A stretch of DNA of 64,000 nt from an uncultured delta proteobacterium (GTDB taxonomy: Bacteria > Desulfobacterota > Binatia > UBA9968). The notes under the pieces are model-generated. The model was not told where the DNA came from. It searched no databases and saw only the letters and a list, made by a program, of their open reading frames with translations. The stretch covers positions 32,001-96,000 of the forward strand of contig CAVXEP010000030.1 in NCBI GenBank assembly GCA_963760795.1, written 5' to 3'. Below, one piece after another: positions 38,507 through 48,428 of this stretch (position 1 is the first letter of the stretch; each line of letters begins with the position of its first letter). The translations under genes and the position numbers were made by a program.

Positions 38507-39229
38507 ATGAGCGACAACGAAGAACTCAAAGATAAATTATCCACCGCGGTGCAAATCCTGCGATGGGAATTGGCAGACATGTGGGGCCATGTGGCCTGTC
38601 GCTCGCCGCGCGGCGATAGTTTTCTTATCATGCCGATGCGGCCGCCCTTCGACCCCGAACTCGCTGACGATGAAATCCTCGAATACGATTTCGCCGGCAA
38701 AAAGATATCCGGCCGGCGTGATCCGCCGGAGGAAATTTATTTCTTCACGTCATTGTTCCAAAAGCGTCCGGATACCGGCGCCGTGATTCACTGTCATCCA
38801 CCGGTGGCGGTGTCGCTGATCGCGACCGGCAAGAAAATCGTGCCGATCCATCAGCATTCGATCAAGTTCGGCAAAGGAGTGCCGGTGAGCCCATGGCTTT
38901 ACGGCACCTATCATGAAGACGGCGAGCGAGCGACCAAGGCCATGGGACAGAGTTTCGCGCTGATGATGAAAGGACACGGGGCCAACGTAATCGGCAATAC
39001 GATTCAACAAGCTTGTCTCAACACGGTTCACCTGGAGCGCACGGCAAAGATGCTCCTGTGGGCACAGAGCGTCGGAAAAGCGAGTCCGATTCCGCGGGCC
39101 GTGGTCAAGAAGTACGAGCAAGTCGAAGCGGAGCGTGCGACGGCAAGAGGTTCCAGGCCGCCGCGTTCCCCGGAATGGAATTTCTACGAACGGCTGATCA
39201 AACGCGGCGAACGCTGGAATACATGGTAA
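38507..39229 (+). CDS. Class II aldolase/adducin family protein
   Basis: WGHVACR, RPDTGAVIHCHP, LMMKGHGA. Confidence 0.85.
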   Translation: MSDNEELKDKLSTAVQILRWELADMWGHVACRSPRGDSFLIMPMRPPFDPELADDEILEYDFAGKKISGRRDPPEEIYFFTSLFQKRPDTGAVIHCHPPVAVSLIATGKKIVPIHQHSIKFGKGVPVSPWLYGTYHEDGERATKAMGQSFALMMKGHGANVIGNTIQQACLNTVHLERTAKMLLWAQSVGKASPIPRAVVKKYEQVEAERATARGSRPPRSPEWNFYERLIKRGERWNTW

Positions 39230-39403
39230 ACCTCAGAGTTCCGTACCGGCCTTTCAACAAATGAAAATTTTATTCAAGAAAGCTATGTAGGAGAGCGTAT
39301 TCTACGCGTAGAAGTTGGTTTGGTTTGCGGAACGTGATCTGCTCACTGAGCAGCAAGTAGGGTTTTCAAGAGAATCGGATTCAGCAAAAAGGAGTTGAAC
39401 GCT

Positions 39404-40009
39404 ATGGCTAGGATTCTGATGATTGGCGGAGACGGCAGCAGCTGTGGGCATGTGGACTACGGCTATTACCGTATGAAGGAAGAGGGTTACGAAATCGTCC
39501 TCGCCGCGCCCGAGAAACGGCAGTTGAAGGCCGTTGTTCACCAGGGCGGACGGGGATTGCCCGGATACGAGGAACTGCCGGGTTACATCATCGAGGCCGA
39601 CGCATCGTTCCATGATATCGATCCGGCTGACTTCGACGCGCTGCTTCTTCCTGGAGCCCGAGCGCCGGAGTACCTGCGCAACATTGACCGCGTCAACGAG
39701 GTGGTCCGCCATTTCCTTGACACCGACAAACCCATCGGCGCGATCTGCCACGGCCCGCACCTGCTCCTATCGGCAGGGGTGACGGGACGGCGCATGACCG
39801 CCGTGGATGGGATCAAGACTGAGGTAACCCTGGCAGGGAACACCTACGTGCAGGCGGGCAGTGAGCCCGTGATTGATGGAAACATCGTTACTGTGTGGAG
39901 GACCCCGTTCTATCATGTGTGGACGCGGGCGTTTCTGAAGATGCTCAGGGAGCGCGGCATCATGCCCGAAAGTGAGACGCCAAAGGCCAAGGCGGCTGGC
40001 GCAAGATAG
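39404..40009 (+). CDS. DJ-1/PfpI family protein
   Basis: DFDALLLPGARAPEYLR, KPIGAICHGP, VIDGNIVT. Confidence 0.85.
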   Translation: MARILMIGGDGSSCGHVDYGYYRMKEEGYEIVLAAPEKRQLKAVVHQGGRGLPGYEELPGYIIEADASFHDIDPADFDALLLPGARAPEYLRNIDRVNEVVRHFLDTDKPIGAICHGPHLLLSAGVTGRRMTAVDGIKTEVTLAGNTYVQAGSEPVIDGNIVTVWRTPFYHVWTRAFLKMLRERGIMPESETPKAKAAGAR

Positions 40010-40301
40010 AGCGATGTTGGCGCTTCGAGTCCCGCTGCGGATCCAATAAGAAGTCACGGCTGTCGCGGGTGGGCAATGCTCGCCTGCTGGCTGATTTTGG
40101 CATCGCATGGGATAGATCGTTGAGGAACTACGATCTCTCTTATGTGATGGAGCCAATGGGGAATGTTCATCGTTAAGATCCCCATTGGCAGCTCCAAGGA
40201 AGACAGCTGCTGCTTCGGCGGTTGGCCGCCGATAGCGATCTGCACGGTCCTGGAAATGTGGCAGGACGAGAAGCCCGTATGGCAACATAAGGAGAAAAAG
40301 A

Positions 40302-40868
40302 ATGACACGCATATTGATCATAGCCGGAGATTTTACCAGCAGCGGCCAGCTGCAGTATTCCTACTACCGCATGAAGGAAGAAGACTTCGACGTAACCATC
40401 GCAGCGCTCGAGAAGAAGCGCTTGAATACCGTTATTGACATGCGTGAGGAAGGCTGGGATCTGGATACAGAACGGCGTGGATATTCATTTGACTCGGATA
40501 TGACTTTCGCTGAAGTGGATCCGACCACCTTTGATGCTCTCATTCTGCCTGGCTGGCGGGCCATAGAGTACCTGCGAAATAATGAGCGCTGCGTCGATAT
40601 CGTTCGGCACTTCGTTGAGGCAAACAAACCGATAGCGGCCATTGACCAAGCTCCGCGCTTACTTATTGCCGCCGGCGTACGGGGTCGGCGCATGACTGGT
40701 ATCGAGATGATCAAGACCGAGATTGCACGGGCGAATACCTACGTCGACGCTGGAAGCGAGCCGGTTGTGGATCGCAACATCCTCACTGTCTCGCGGCGCC
40801 CATACTACGACGTCTGGATGCGCGAGTTCATGTCAATGCTGAAAGAGCGGAGGCTCGCAGGCGTCTAA
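40302..40868 (+). CDS. DJ-1/PfpI family protein lacking the catalytic Cys
   Basis: FDALILPGWRAIEYLR; KPIAAIDQAP has Asp in place of the Cys of AICHG. Confidence 0.8.
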   Translation: MTRILIIAGDFTSSGQLQYSYYRMKEEDFDVTIAALEKKRLNTVIDMREEGWDLDTERRGYSFDSDMTFAEVDPTTFDALILPGWRAIEYLRNNERCVDIVRHFVEANKPIAAIDQAPRLLIAAGVRGRRMTGIEMIKTEIARANTYVDAGSEPVVDRNILTVSRRPYYDVWMREFMSMLKERRLAGV

Positions 40869-41077
40869 CCACCCTACGTTCTTCAGCCCTACGGAATACC
40901 GTATTCATCACGAGGTTCATGCCCCGACACTAGCAGCAAAGAAGCTTCCAGGTTTTGGCTCCATCTATCTCCCGTCCAGGGAGGGGCCCTGTCCCAGGTC
41001 ATCGGGCACGTGCCCGGACCCGCTGGGTTCTAAGCTGCAGCGCATGGGTTCAATTACGCATATTGAAGGAGACACCC

Positions 41078-41524
41078 ATGAGACGGATTCTTTTCGTGCT
41101 GGTTGCAGTTATAGCGTTGGCCGGCGTGGTCGCCTACATGGCCCCCGCATCTGGACAGACCGATAAGCGGACAGGGGACGCCCTGGCGGGCAAGCTTGCT
41201 CGGCGCGAGGTCCAACGCTCGCCGTTATCGATTCCAAGCCGCGAGATGGTCCAGGTGGAGACGTTGATTCCGGCGGGAGTCGAGTCCGGATGGCACGTTC
41301 ATCCAGGAGAAGAGGTCGGCTACATCATCGCAGGCCAGGTCGAGATGAGGGTACAGGGACGTGCCACCGTAGTACTGCGCCCAGGGGATGGATTCCTGAT
41401 CCCGCCGCGGACTCCTCATAATGCGCGCGACATCGGCCCGGAAACCGGCAAGATGCTGTCGACGTATATCGTCGAGACAGGCCAGCCGATCGCTACGTTC
41501 GTGGATCAACCCGTTCAGCGCTAG
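41078..41524 (+). CDS. Secreted cupin domain protein
   Basis: Signal peptide; GWHVHPGEEVGY...IPPRTPHNA. Confidence 0.85.
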   Translation: MRRILFVLVAVIALAGVVAYMAPASGQTDKRTGDALAGKLARREVQRSPLSIPSREMVQVETLIPAGVESGWHVHPGEEVGYIIAGQVEMRVQGRATVVLRPGDGFLIPPRTPHNARDIGPETGKMLSTYIVETGQPIATFVDQPVQR

Positions 41525-41648
41525 GGCGTGCGACCGAGAGGCGTAGGATTTCACCTGTTTACGATCGCTCAGCAGTGGCAGCATTGGCGCAGCGCGAAAT
41601 GTTTATCTTATTCATCAGTAGTTCCAAACTTCAACAGGAGGTTCACAG

Positions 41649-42587
41649 ATGAAGATTTTTGTTGCAGGGGGAACAGGAGCGATCGGTCGTCCGCTGATCG
41701 CGGAATTGCTTGCCAAAGGACACGCGCTAGTTGCTCTGACCCGTGACTCAGAAAAAACTCAGGCTTTAGTGGAACAAGGCGTAGAACCTGCGATCGCCGA
41801 TGTATTTGATCCCGATGCGGTCAAAGCGGTTGTCGGTCGCGCTCAGCCGGAAGTCGTGATTGAACAACTCACCGCCCTACCCAGAACCTACACCCGTGAG
41901 TCAATGAGTGCCGCCGCCGCCTTCAACACTCGCATCCGTTTAGAAGGGGGTGCCAATGTGCTGGCAGCCGCGCAAGCGGCGGGTGTGCGGCGTTACCTGA
42001 GGCAGTCGATCGCATTCTGGGCGGTTCCCGGTCCTGGATTGGCAGATGAAGAAACGCCGCTAGCCTTTGATGCCTCGCCTGCGGTTGCAGCAGATGCCCG
42101 CGTAGTAACTGAGCTTGAGCATCGCTTACTAGGAAATCCCAACATAGAAGGGATTGCCCTGCGTTATGGCTTCTTATATGGACCCGGCACCTGGTTCACC
42201 CCCGATGGCGATGTTGCCCGACAGGTGCGACAGCAACAGTTCCCGATCGTCGGCAATGGCGAAGGCGTCTGGTCGTGGTTACACATTGAGGACGCGGCGA
42301 TTGCCACCGTTGCAGCAGCAGAGCAAGGCAATCCTGGGATTTATCTGATTGCGAATGATCAACCTTTAGCGGTGCGCGAATGGCTCCCTGCGTTTGCTCA
42401 ATGGCTGAATGCTCCACCACCGGCGCAGATATCGGTTGAGGATGCGCTGAAAGCGAGTGGTGCGGATGCGGTTTACTACGGGACTCAGATGCGAGGGGTA
42501 TCGAATGCCAAGGCGAAACGCGAACTGAATTTTCAGCCGCGACCGTTGGAGTGGATCGTTGACAGCGCCGTGGCCCATGCCAGTTAA
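41649..42587 (+). CDS. NAD-dependent epimerase/dehydratase (atypical SDR)
   Basis: IFVAGGTGAIG, LRYGFLYGPG, LHIEDAA, SNAKAKREL. Confidence 0.88.
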   Translation: MKIFVAGGTGAIGRPLIAELLAKGHALVALTRDSEKTQALVEQGVEPAIADVFDPDAVKAVVGRAQPEVVIEQLTALPRTYTRESMSAAAAFNTRIRLEGGANVLAAAQAAGVRRYLRQSIAFWAVPGPGLADEETPLAFDASPAVAADARVVTELEHRLLGNPNIEGIALRYGFLYGPGTWFTPDGDVARQVRQQQFPIVGNGEGVWSWLHIEDAAIATVAAAEQGNPGIYLIANDQPLAVREWLPAFAQWLNAPPPAQISVEDALKASGADAVYYGTQMRGVSNAKAKRELNFQPRPLEWIVDSAVAHAS

Positions 42588-42678
42588 CAAGCTAGGGGAG
42601 AAGCAAGCTGAAGATTGCTCAACGGTAATTAATCATTCTCGGCGCGGCGTCCGAGCCGCTGCAGGTTCCCGGATTCCG

Positions 42679-42853
42679 CTCATCCTGGGAAGACGCTCGG
42701 TGTGGGGTTGGCCTTCCGGCATCTCCATCGATTCCCAGGACACGCTCAATTTCGGCTAGCTCACCGGCGGGCGGACGATGAGCGAGGCTTTTTCGCTCGA
42801 GCGCGCGGCCGAAGCCTACGAGCCCACGATGAGCGGCGGTGCTCACCATGAGC
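42679..42853 (+). pseudogene. 3' remnant of a zinc-dependent alcohol dehydrogenase
   Basis: LILGRRSVWGWPSGISIDSQDTLNFG*LTGGRTMSEAFSLERAAEAYEPTMSG...VLTM; in-frame stop plus deletion. Confidence 0.72.
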
Positions 42854-42939
42854 GATCGCACATTCACAAGCCATTGAATAAGAGCAACATTTAAATAAAG
42901 AAGGAGAACCAGAACACGAGTGATAGAAATTCAAAGCGA

Positions 42940-43106
42940 ACGCCGACCGATCTCACCGGAGATGCGGTTGAGGAAAATTCGAGCAAGTTGCGTCGGCTGC
43001 TTGCCGACGGTTTGCGCTATACGTGAAGACGAAGAACTTTCACTGGCACATCAGCGGGCGGCACCGCCTGCTGCTCGGTGAGCAGTCCAGGCAAATCTTT
43101 GCGGTG
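42940..43106 (+). pseudogene. dps: 5' remnant of a Dps (DNA starvation/ferritin-like) gene
   Basis: TPTDLTGDAVEENSSKLRRLLAD./LYVKTKNFHWHISGRH..LLLGEQ..QIFA; frameshift and truncation. Confidence 0.75.
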
Positions 43107-43133
43107 CCTCGGGCAAAGAACGAAAGGTCAATT

Positions 43134-43526
43134 ATGCTGAGGAAGAAAATAATGATGGTGGTCCTAACAGCTCTCATTGCCGGCCCGGTGATGGCTCAGG
43201 AGGCCAAGGTCACGTCGCTCATCTCCAAGGATCTGAGAGAATTTTCCGGCAAGGAAGGTTTGATGATAACAGTGGAGTATCCGCCCGGTGGGTCAGACCC
43301 TGCCCATCGACACGATGCACACGTGTTTGTTTACGTGCTGGAAGGCTCCATCGTGATGCAGGTTAAGGGCGGAAAAGAAGTAACCCTGACACCCGGGCAG
43401 ACCTTTTATGAAGACCCCAAGGATGTCCATGTCGTCAGCCGGAACGCGAGCAAAACCACGCCAGCCAAATTCCTGGTTTTCTTTGTCAAGGACAAGAGCG
43501 CTCCGGTGCTAAAGCCAGTGAAGTGA
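43134..43526 (+). CDS. Secreted cupin domain protein
   Basis: Signal peptide VMA-QE; VEYPPGGSDPAHRHDAHVFVYVLEG...HVVSRNAS. Confidence 0.88.
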   Translation: MLRKKIMMVVLTALIAGPVMAQEAKVTSLISKDLREFSGKEGLMITVEYPPGGSDPAHRHDAHVFVYVLEGSIVMQVKGGKEVTLTPGQTFYEDPKDVHVVSRNASKTTPAKFLVFFVKDKSAPVLKPVK

Positions 43527-43819
43527 CGCGGAGTGTCTCTTCCCGCTTGCTCCCATTATCGGCGATGGAGCGTACTATTCCACGACGGAATCGAGATCCA
43601 GCTTCGTTATGTCGCGACTGAGGACATCAAGCCTTTGCTCGCGGCGAGAAGAGAAACATCGGAAGGGGAATATGGCAAACCCGCCGATGCGGCGTACACA
43701 AAACCTGTATTCCTTTGCCATCAACCTGTGCAAGCGCGCGACTTTGTCTTCACCCGTTACGCACTATGAGCGCCAGTAATGAACTTCAGCACTTATAACA
43801 AAGAGAAGGAGCAGTAATC

Positions 43820-44266
43820 ATGAACATGAAACTAGAAGTGGTACTCGTCCCTGTTTCCGACGTCGATCGCGCCAAAGCATTCTACGAGAAAGTGGGGTTC
43901 CGATTAGATATCGATGTCGCGAATGAAAACTTTCGCGGCATACAATTCACTCCTCCTCGATCGGAGGCGTCGATCATCTTCGGCAAGGGAGTCACGTCAG
44001 CCAAGTCTAGCTCCACGGAGCTGGTCCTCGCCGTGGACAACGTCGACGCCGCCCGCAACGACTTGATCGCCCGCGGCGTCGACGTGAGCGAGGTCTTCCA
44101 TTACGCCGGCGGCCCCTTCAACAACGCCGTGGAGAACCCGCGCGTCGCTGGGCGCGATCCGGAAGGTCGTTCCTACTTCTCGTTCGCCTCGTTTGAGGAT
44201 CCAGACGGGAACCGCTGGCTGCTCCAGGAGATCAAGGAGCGGCTTCCCGGCCGCGAATGGAAGTAG
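43820..44266 (+). CDS. VOC/glyoxalase family protein
   Basis: LEVVLVPVSDVDRAKAFY, FEDPDGNRWLLQE. Confidence 0.9.
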   Translation: MNMKLEVVLVPVSDVDRAKAFYEKVGFRLDIDVANENFRGIQFTPPRSEASIIFGKGVTSAKSSSTELVLAVDNVDAARNDLIARGVDVSEVFHYAGGPFNNAVENPRVAGRDPEGRSYFSFASFEDPDGNRWLLQEIKERLPGREWK

Positions 44267-44387
44267 AAGCGAGCACGAGCGCGTTTGGGACACGACGATC
44301 TCGACCTGCGCGGCTGGACGCGACCTACCGTTCGTGGCTCGCTCAAACCTGCACTCGAACCCTCTGCCGAGGCCCGCACCAGTAGGT

Positions 44388-45152
44388 TTACCGGGCGAGG
44401 TCGCCGAGAAGGATGAGGGCTGCGAACCCCGCAGCGGCGAGAACGCCGGAATAGCGGGGCCCATTGTGGAAGGCCTCCGGGATCATGCTTTCCGCCGTCA
44501 TGGCGATGAGCGCCCCGGCTCCGTATGCCTTGAGGATTGCCTTCGCGTGAGGGCCAAGGTCACTCAGGAAGTAGAAGGCAAGAGCCGTGATCGCCGCCGT
44601 AACAAGCGTAGTACCGCTCCATAGGATCAGCACGTAAGTAGATGAGCGGGACGCGAGACGCATACCGGCCGTCCCGGAAAGTGCCTCCGGCACGTTTGCG
44701 AGCGAAAGCGCGATGACCAGTGCCAGATCGGGTCCCCCGGCCCTCAGGGTGAAGCCAAGGACTAGCGCCTCCGGCACAGCATCAAGCGCGGTGCCGAGTG
44801 CAATGGAGGTGCCGCTGCCCGGCGCCTCGGCTTCCGACGGCTGCGGCTTGCATTCCCCGCAGCGCTTGCGGTCGTTGGCGGTTGCGAGAGCTGCGTTCGC
44901 GATACTGAACGTAGCGGCACCGGCAACAATTCCGCCTACAGTGGATGCCGCGCCGGCCAGCATGAGCGCCTCGGATGCGACCTTGAACGAGGCAGCGGAA
45001 AGCAGCACGCCCGCCCCGAGCGACATGAAAGCGGCGATGGCCCGGTGCCGGAGGTGCGTTATTAGCCCCAGAATCGCGCCGACAAGCGCGCCGGACGCCG
45101 GAGCTAAACCCCAGCAGAAGGCCCACACTGCTCCAATGATACCTTCGGACAT
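44388..45152 (-). CDS. ZIP family metal transporter
   Basis: LGAGVLLSA, LDAVPE, NVPEALSG, AGALIAMTAESMIPEAF; multiple TM helices. Confidence 0.85.
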   Translation of the reverse strand: MSEGIIGAVWAFCWGLAPASGALVGAILGLITHLRHRAIAAFMSLGAGVLLSAASFKVASEALMLAGAASTVGGIVAGAATFSIANAALATANDRKRCGECKPQPSEAEAPGSGTSIALGTALDAVPEALVLGFTLRAGGPDLALVIALSLANVPEALSGTAGMRLASRSSTYVLILWSGTTLVTAAITALAFYFLSDLGPHAKAILKAYGAGALIAMTAESMIPEAFHNGPRYSGVLAAAGFAALILLGDLAR

Positions 45153-45354
45153 TGCATGCTCCTCTTGGTCGTGACCCACGGAATCCGGCCAGCGGCAAAC
45201 AAGACGGTGCAGGAGGAAATCGCGCGCACAGCTAAAGGCCGCGCCGTTCTGGCCGCTATAGCCATCAACGAAGCAAATATGCGTACCGTGCTACGTATCG
45301 GCGCTGTGCATTGCTTTGCACACCTCTAACGTGGATTCGCTGGACGATCTGCTG

Positions 45355-45876
45355 TTAGGCCTGCTTTGCAACCTTATCGGTGCGAATCGGCAGTCTCCAG
45401 TTGGGCCGGATGAAATGGCAGGTGTAGCCATCGGGATATCGTTGGAGGTAATCCTGATGCTCGGGTTCGGCCTCCCAGAAGTCGCCTGCCGGAACGACTT
45501 CCGTAACGACCTTGCCCGGCCACAGCCCTGAAGCATCGACGTCGGCGATGGTGTCTTCGGCAATCCGCTTCTGCTCGTCACTGGTGTAGAAGATCGCAGA
45601 TCGATAGCTGGTCCCGCTGTCGTTGCCCTGGCGATTGCGCGTGCTTGGGTCGTGAATCTGGAAGAACAATTCGAGGATCTGCCGATAACTGATCCGGGCA
45701 GGATCAAAGATGATCTCGACTGCTTCGGCATGTGAGCCGTGATTGCGATAGGTAGCGTGGGACACGCTGCCGCCGGTGTAACCGACCCGTGTCGACAGAA
45801 CGCCGTCGTGGCGGCGAATAAGATCCTGTACGCCCCAGAAGCAACCGCCGGCAAGAACGGCGCGTTCCTCAGTCAT
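45355..45876 (-). CDS. msrA: Peptide-methionine (S)-S-oxide reductase MsrA
   Basis: GGCFWG catalytic motif, [22 protein letters not shown]. Confidence 0.96.
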   Translation of the reverse strand: MTEERAVLAGGCFWGVQDLIRRHDGVLSTRVGYTGGSVSHATYRNHGSHAEAVEIIFDPARISYRQILELFFQIHDPSTRNRQGNDSGTSYRSAIFYTSDEQKRIAEDTIADVDASGLWPGKVVTEVVPAGDFWEAEPEHQDYLQRYPDGYTCHFIRPNWRLPIRTDKVAKQA

Positions 45877-46322
45877 TGGACATCCTCCACTTGGTTCAAG
45901 TAAGCCCCATAACCCTCGGCTTCCATATCGTCCCGATGGACAAACCGTAAGGAGGCCGAGTTGATGCAATAGCGCAATCCGCCGCGGTCACTCGGACCGT
46001 CGGGAAACACGTGCCCGAGATGGCTGTCTGCGTGCGCCGAGCGCACCTCTGTGCGTGCCATGCCGTGCGTGATGTCTCGTAACTCGTTGACGTTGGCCGG
46101 TTCAATGGGTTTGGTGAAGCTAGGCCAGCCGCATCCGGATTCAAACTTGTCGGAGGACGCGAACAGCGGCTCACCCGACACAATATCGACGTAGATGCCG
46201 GGTTGCTTGTTATCCAGATATTCCCCGGTTCCAGGAGCTTCAGTGCCGTTTTGCTGCGTTACGCGATATTGCTCCGGCGAAAGCCTTGCCATGACGTCGG
46301 GCTCCTTGCTGAACTTTCTCAT
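45873..46322 (-). CDS. msrB: Peptide-methionine (R)-S-oxide reductase MsrB
   Basis: [30 protein letters not shown]. Confidence 0.96.
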   Translation of the reverse strand: MRKFSKEPDVMARLSPEQYRVTQQNGTEAPGTGEYLDNKQPGIYVDIVSGEPLFASSDKFESGCGWPSFTKPIEPANVNELRDITHGMARTEVRSAHADSHLGHVFPDGPSDRGGLRYCINSASLRFVHRDDMEAEGYGAYLNQVEDVQ

Positions 46323-46589
46323 TTTTCTTTCTCCTCGTGCTGGACGTAGCCGGAATGAATATCGAGAGCTTCGTGCGGCGCTGACAGTCGAAGCAGCCGC
46401 CCGTCTATGCCGCGGACAAGACCTGAAAAAATCTCTAGAATTTCCGGATACAGCCGGATTGCCCAAGATACCGGCATCGCTAGTCACTAAGCGAAGAGTT
46501 GTTGAAAGACCGGCCAAGGCTCGTTCGCGCTATAAAAGAACTGCAGGAGGCGCCCCATAACTCATCCTCCCTTTTCAGACACTCCTACT

Positions 46590-47152
46590 TTAAAGCGTGT
46601 ACGTTAAGATCACTTTCGTCCAGTAAGTACAGCTATCACCCGCGTACTTGTGGTACAAGAAAGCCTGTGTGCAAAAGTGAAATTTACGACGCAAGCGCAG
46701 TTACTCGTCCGAACTGGAACAGCAGCGTTGACCGTAGAGAAATCCGGCCCGTTCTTCGCGTTGGTACCCGAGTGCGGGCGTGCAGGAGTTCGTCAGGAAG
46801 AATGCGGCGACATTTACCGCGTCGGCAAAGAGACGACCGGTAACGCCTAGGAGAAAGAACATGCCACATCTCAAGTATACAACGTCCAAAGGCGCGTCGG
46901 CGACAGACTGCGAAGGTTGTTGCAAGAGCGGCCAAGCACGTTCGAGGAGTAGAAGTTCTGCAGGAGGCACCCATAAATCAGCCTCGAAGCAGATACGTCC
47001 GATGACCTTAAAGCGTGTACGTTAAGATCACTTTCGCCCAGTAAGTACAGCTATCACCCGCGTACTTGTGGTACAAGAACGAGCCTGTGTGCAAAAGTGA
47101 AATTTACGACGCAAGCGCAGTTACTCGTCCGAACTGGAACAGCAGCGTTGAC
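46590..47152. repeat. Near-perfect 143/145-bp direct repeat (46590-46732 and 47008-47152)
   Basis: Copies differ by one substitution and a 2-nt indel; more diverged similarity also precedes each copy (about 46490-46565 versus 46910-46985). Confidence 0.93.
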
Positions 47153-47281
47153 ATTGTATGACGTGAACCGGTTTTGAAGGCCAACGGCACACGCGGGTCA
47201 GCGTTTCTCAGAAACCGCATGTTGACAGAGCCGTCGCAGAGACAAAGGCGAACCTGCGCCGCACCACAAAGGATCGCTCAA

Positions 47282-48244
47282 ATGCCGAAATCATCGATAC
47301 AAAAGTTGTTTACAGTTGTACTCGTACTCAATTTCGTGATTTCAGCTGGGTGTGCCCAACTTTGGCGTGAGCGAGACCCGCAAGCGGAAATCGGCTTCAT
47401 AGACATCAATTCCGACATGAAGCTCAGAAGAATGATTGTTCGCAACGCGAGACCGAAAGGCGTTGTGCTCTTCCTGCATGGCTTTCCTGAGACTCTGTAT
47501 GCCTGGAAGCACATCTCCGTGATTCTCGCCAGAGACTACGAAGTACATGCTTTTGATTGGCCGGGCTACGGTCTTTCCTCGAGACCGCCTGCTGATCAAT
47601 TTTCTTACGCGCCCAAAGACTATGCGCACGTTTTGAAGGAATACATCACGAAATCAGGCATCGATACTTCAAAGCTCGTGATCTATGCCACGGATATCGG
47701 CGCCTTGCCCGCCCTTATTGTTGCTTTAGACGAACCCAACTTTGCGAAAAAAATGATTGTCGGTGATTTCGCCCCGTTTGATAGACCTCAGTACATGCAT
47801 GCCAATTTACAAAGCCTGAAATCCAAGCTTTCTTCTGACCGCACTCGCGACCACATGAACAACACTCGCGATGAAATTCTGGAGAATGCCTTCCGAAGAG
47901 GGTTGTCCAGGGATGAGCAGTTTGAACTTTCTCAGGAATTCCGAGATGACATGTTTAGAGGATGGAGCCAAGACAACATGACATCCGCGGACGCCTTCTA
48001 TCATTACTATTCACACTTCACTAGGGACCAAGACTATTTTGAGTCCAATCTGAACAGGCTCAAAACGCCCGTTACCGTCATTTGGGGTGAGAAAGATTTT
48101 TATATCAACAAAGAAATGGGAGTTGAGTTCGCCAGTAAAGCCAGAATAGAGCTCATTGTTCTTTCCCGTCTTGGGCACTATCCGCATCTCCAAAGCCCAA
48201 AACGAACAATCGACGAAATTCGTGCGTCATTTGATAAACGATAA
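47282..48244 (+). CDS. Alpha/beta hydrolase (epoxide hydrolase/dehalogenase-like) lipoprotein
   Basis: Lipobox SAGC, LHGFPE, DWPGYGLS, nucleophile elbow ATDIG, WGEKD, GHYP. Confidence 0.85.
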   Translation: MPKSSIQKLFTVVLVLNFVISAGCAQLWRERDPQAEIGFIDINSDMKLRRMIVRNARPKGVVLFLHGFPETLYAWKHISVILARDYEVHAFDWPGYGLSSRPPADQFSYAPKDYAHVLKEYITKSGIDTSKLVIYATDIGALPALIVALDEPNFAKKMIVGDFAPFDRPQYMHANLQSLKSKLSSDRTRDHMNNTRDEILENAFRRGLSRDEQFELSQEFRDDMFRGWSQDNMTSADAFYHYYSHFTRDQDYFESNLNRLKTPVTVIWGEKDFYINKEMGVEFASKARIELIVLSRLGHYPHLQSPKRTIDEIRASFDKR

Positions 48245-48428
48245 ATTTCAAGAGCGCTAGATGGCTCGCGCAGAGATCCACGGTGTGGCTTGACGCATAC
48301 CAAGAAATTCGTCGCGCTACATGGAGGCAGGGGGCTAGGCTAGGGCAAATCTTGACTTTGGTATTTAGCAAGGATGATTTATAGGTAATTCATGGCACGG
48401 CCATCGCGCAGGTCGGCAGGAAGGTTTG

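Noticed and set aside
40010-40301. 290-nt gap between the DJ-1 paralogs as a riboswitch
   Set aside because: No known aptamer consensus recognised and no convincing stem set.
43023-43133. Apparent Dps-cupin fusion protein
   Set aside because: The Dps part is a frameshifted remnant, and the cupin has its own ATG and signal peptide at 43134.
46590-47152. Repeat considered as an integron attC site or hammerhead ribozyme
   Set aside because: No RYYYAAC/GTTRRRY pairing with internal symmetry and no CUGANGA core.
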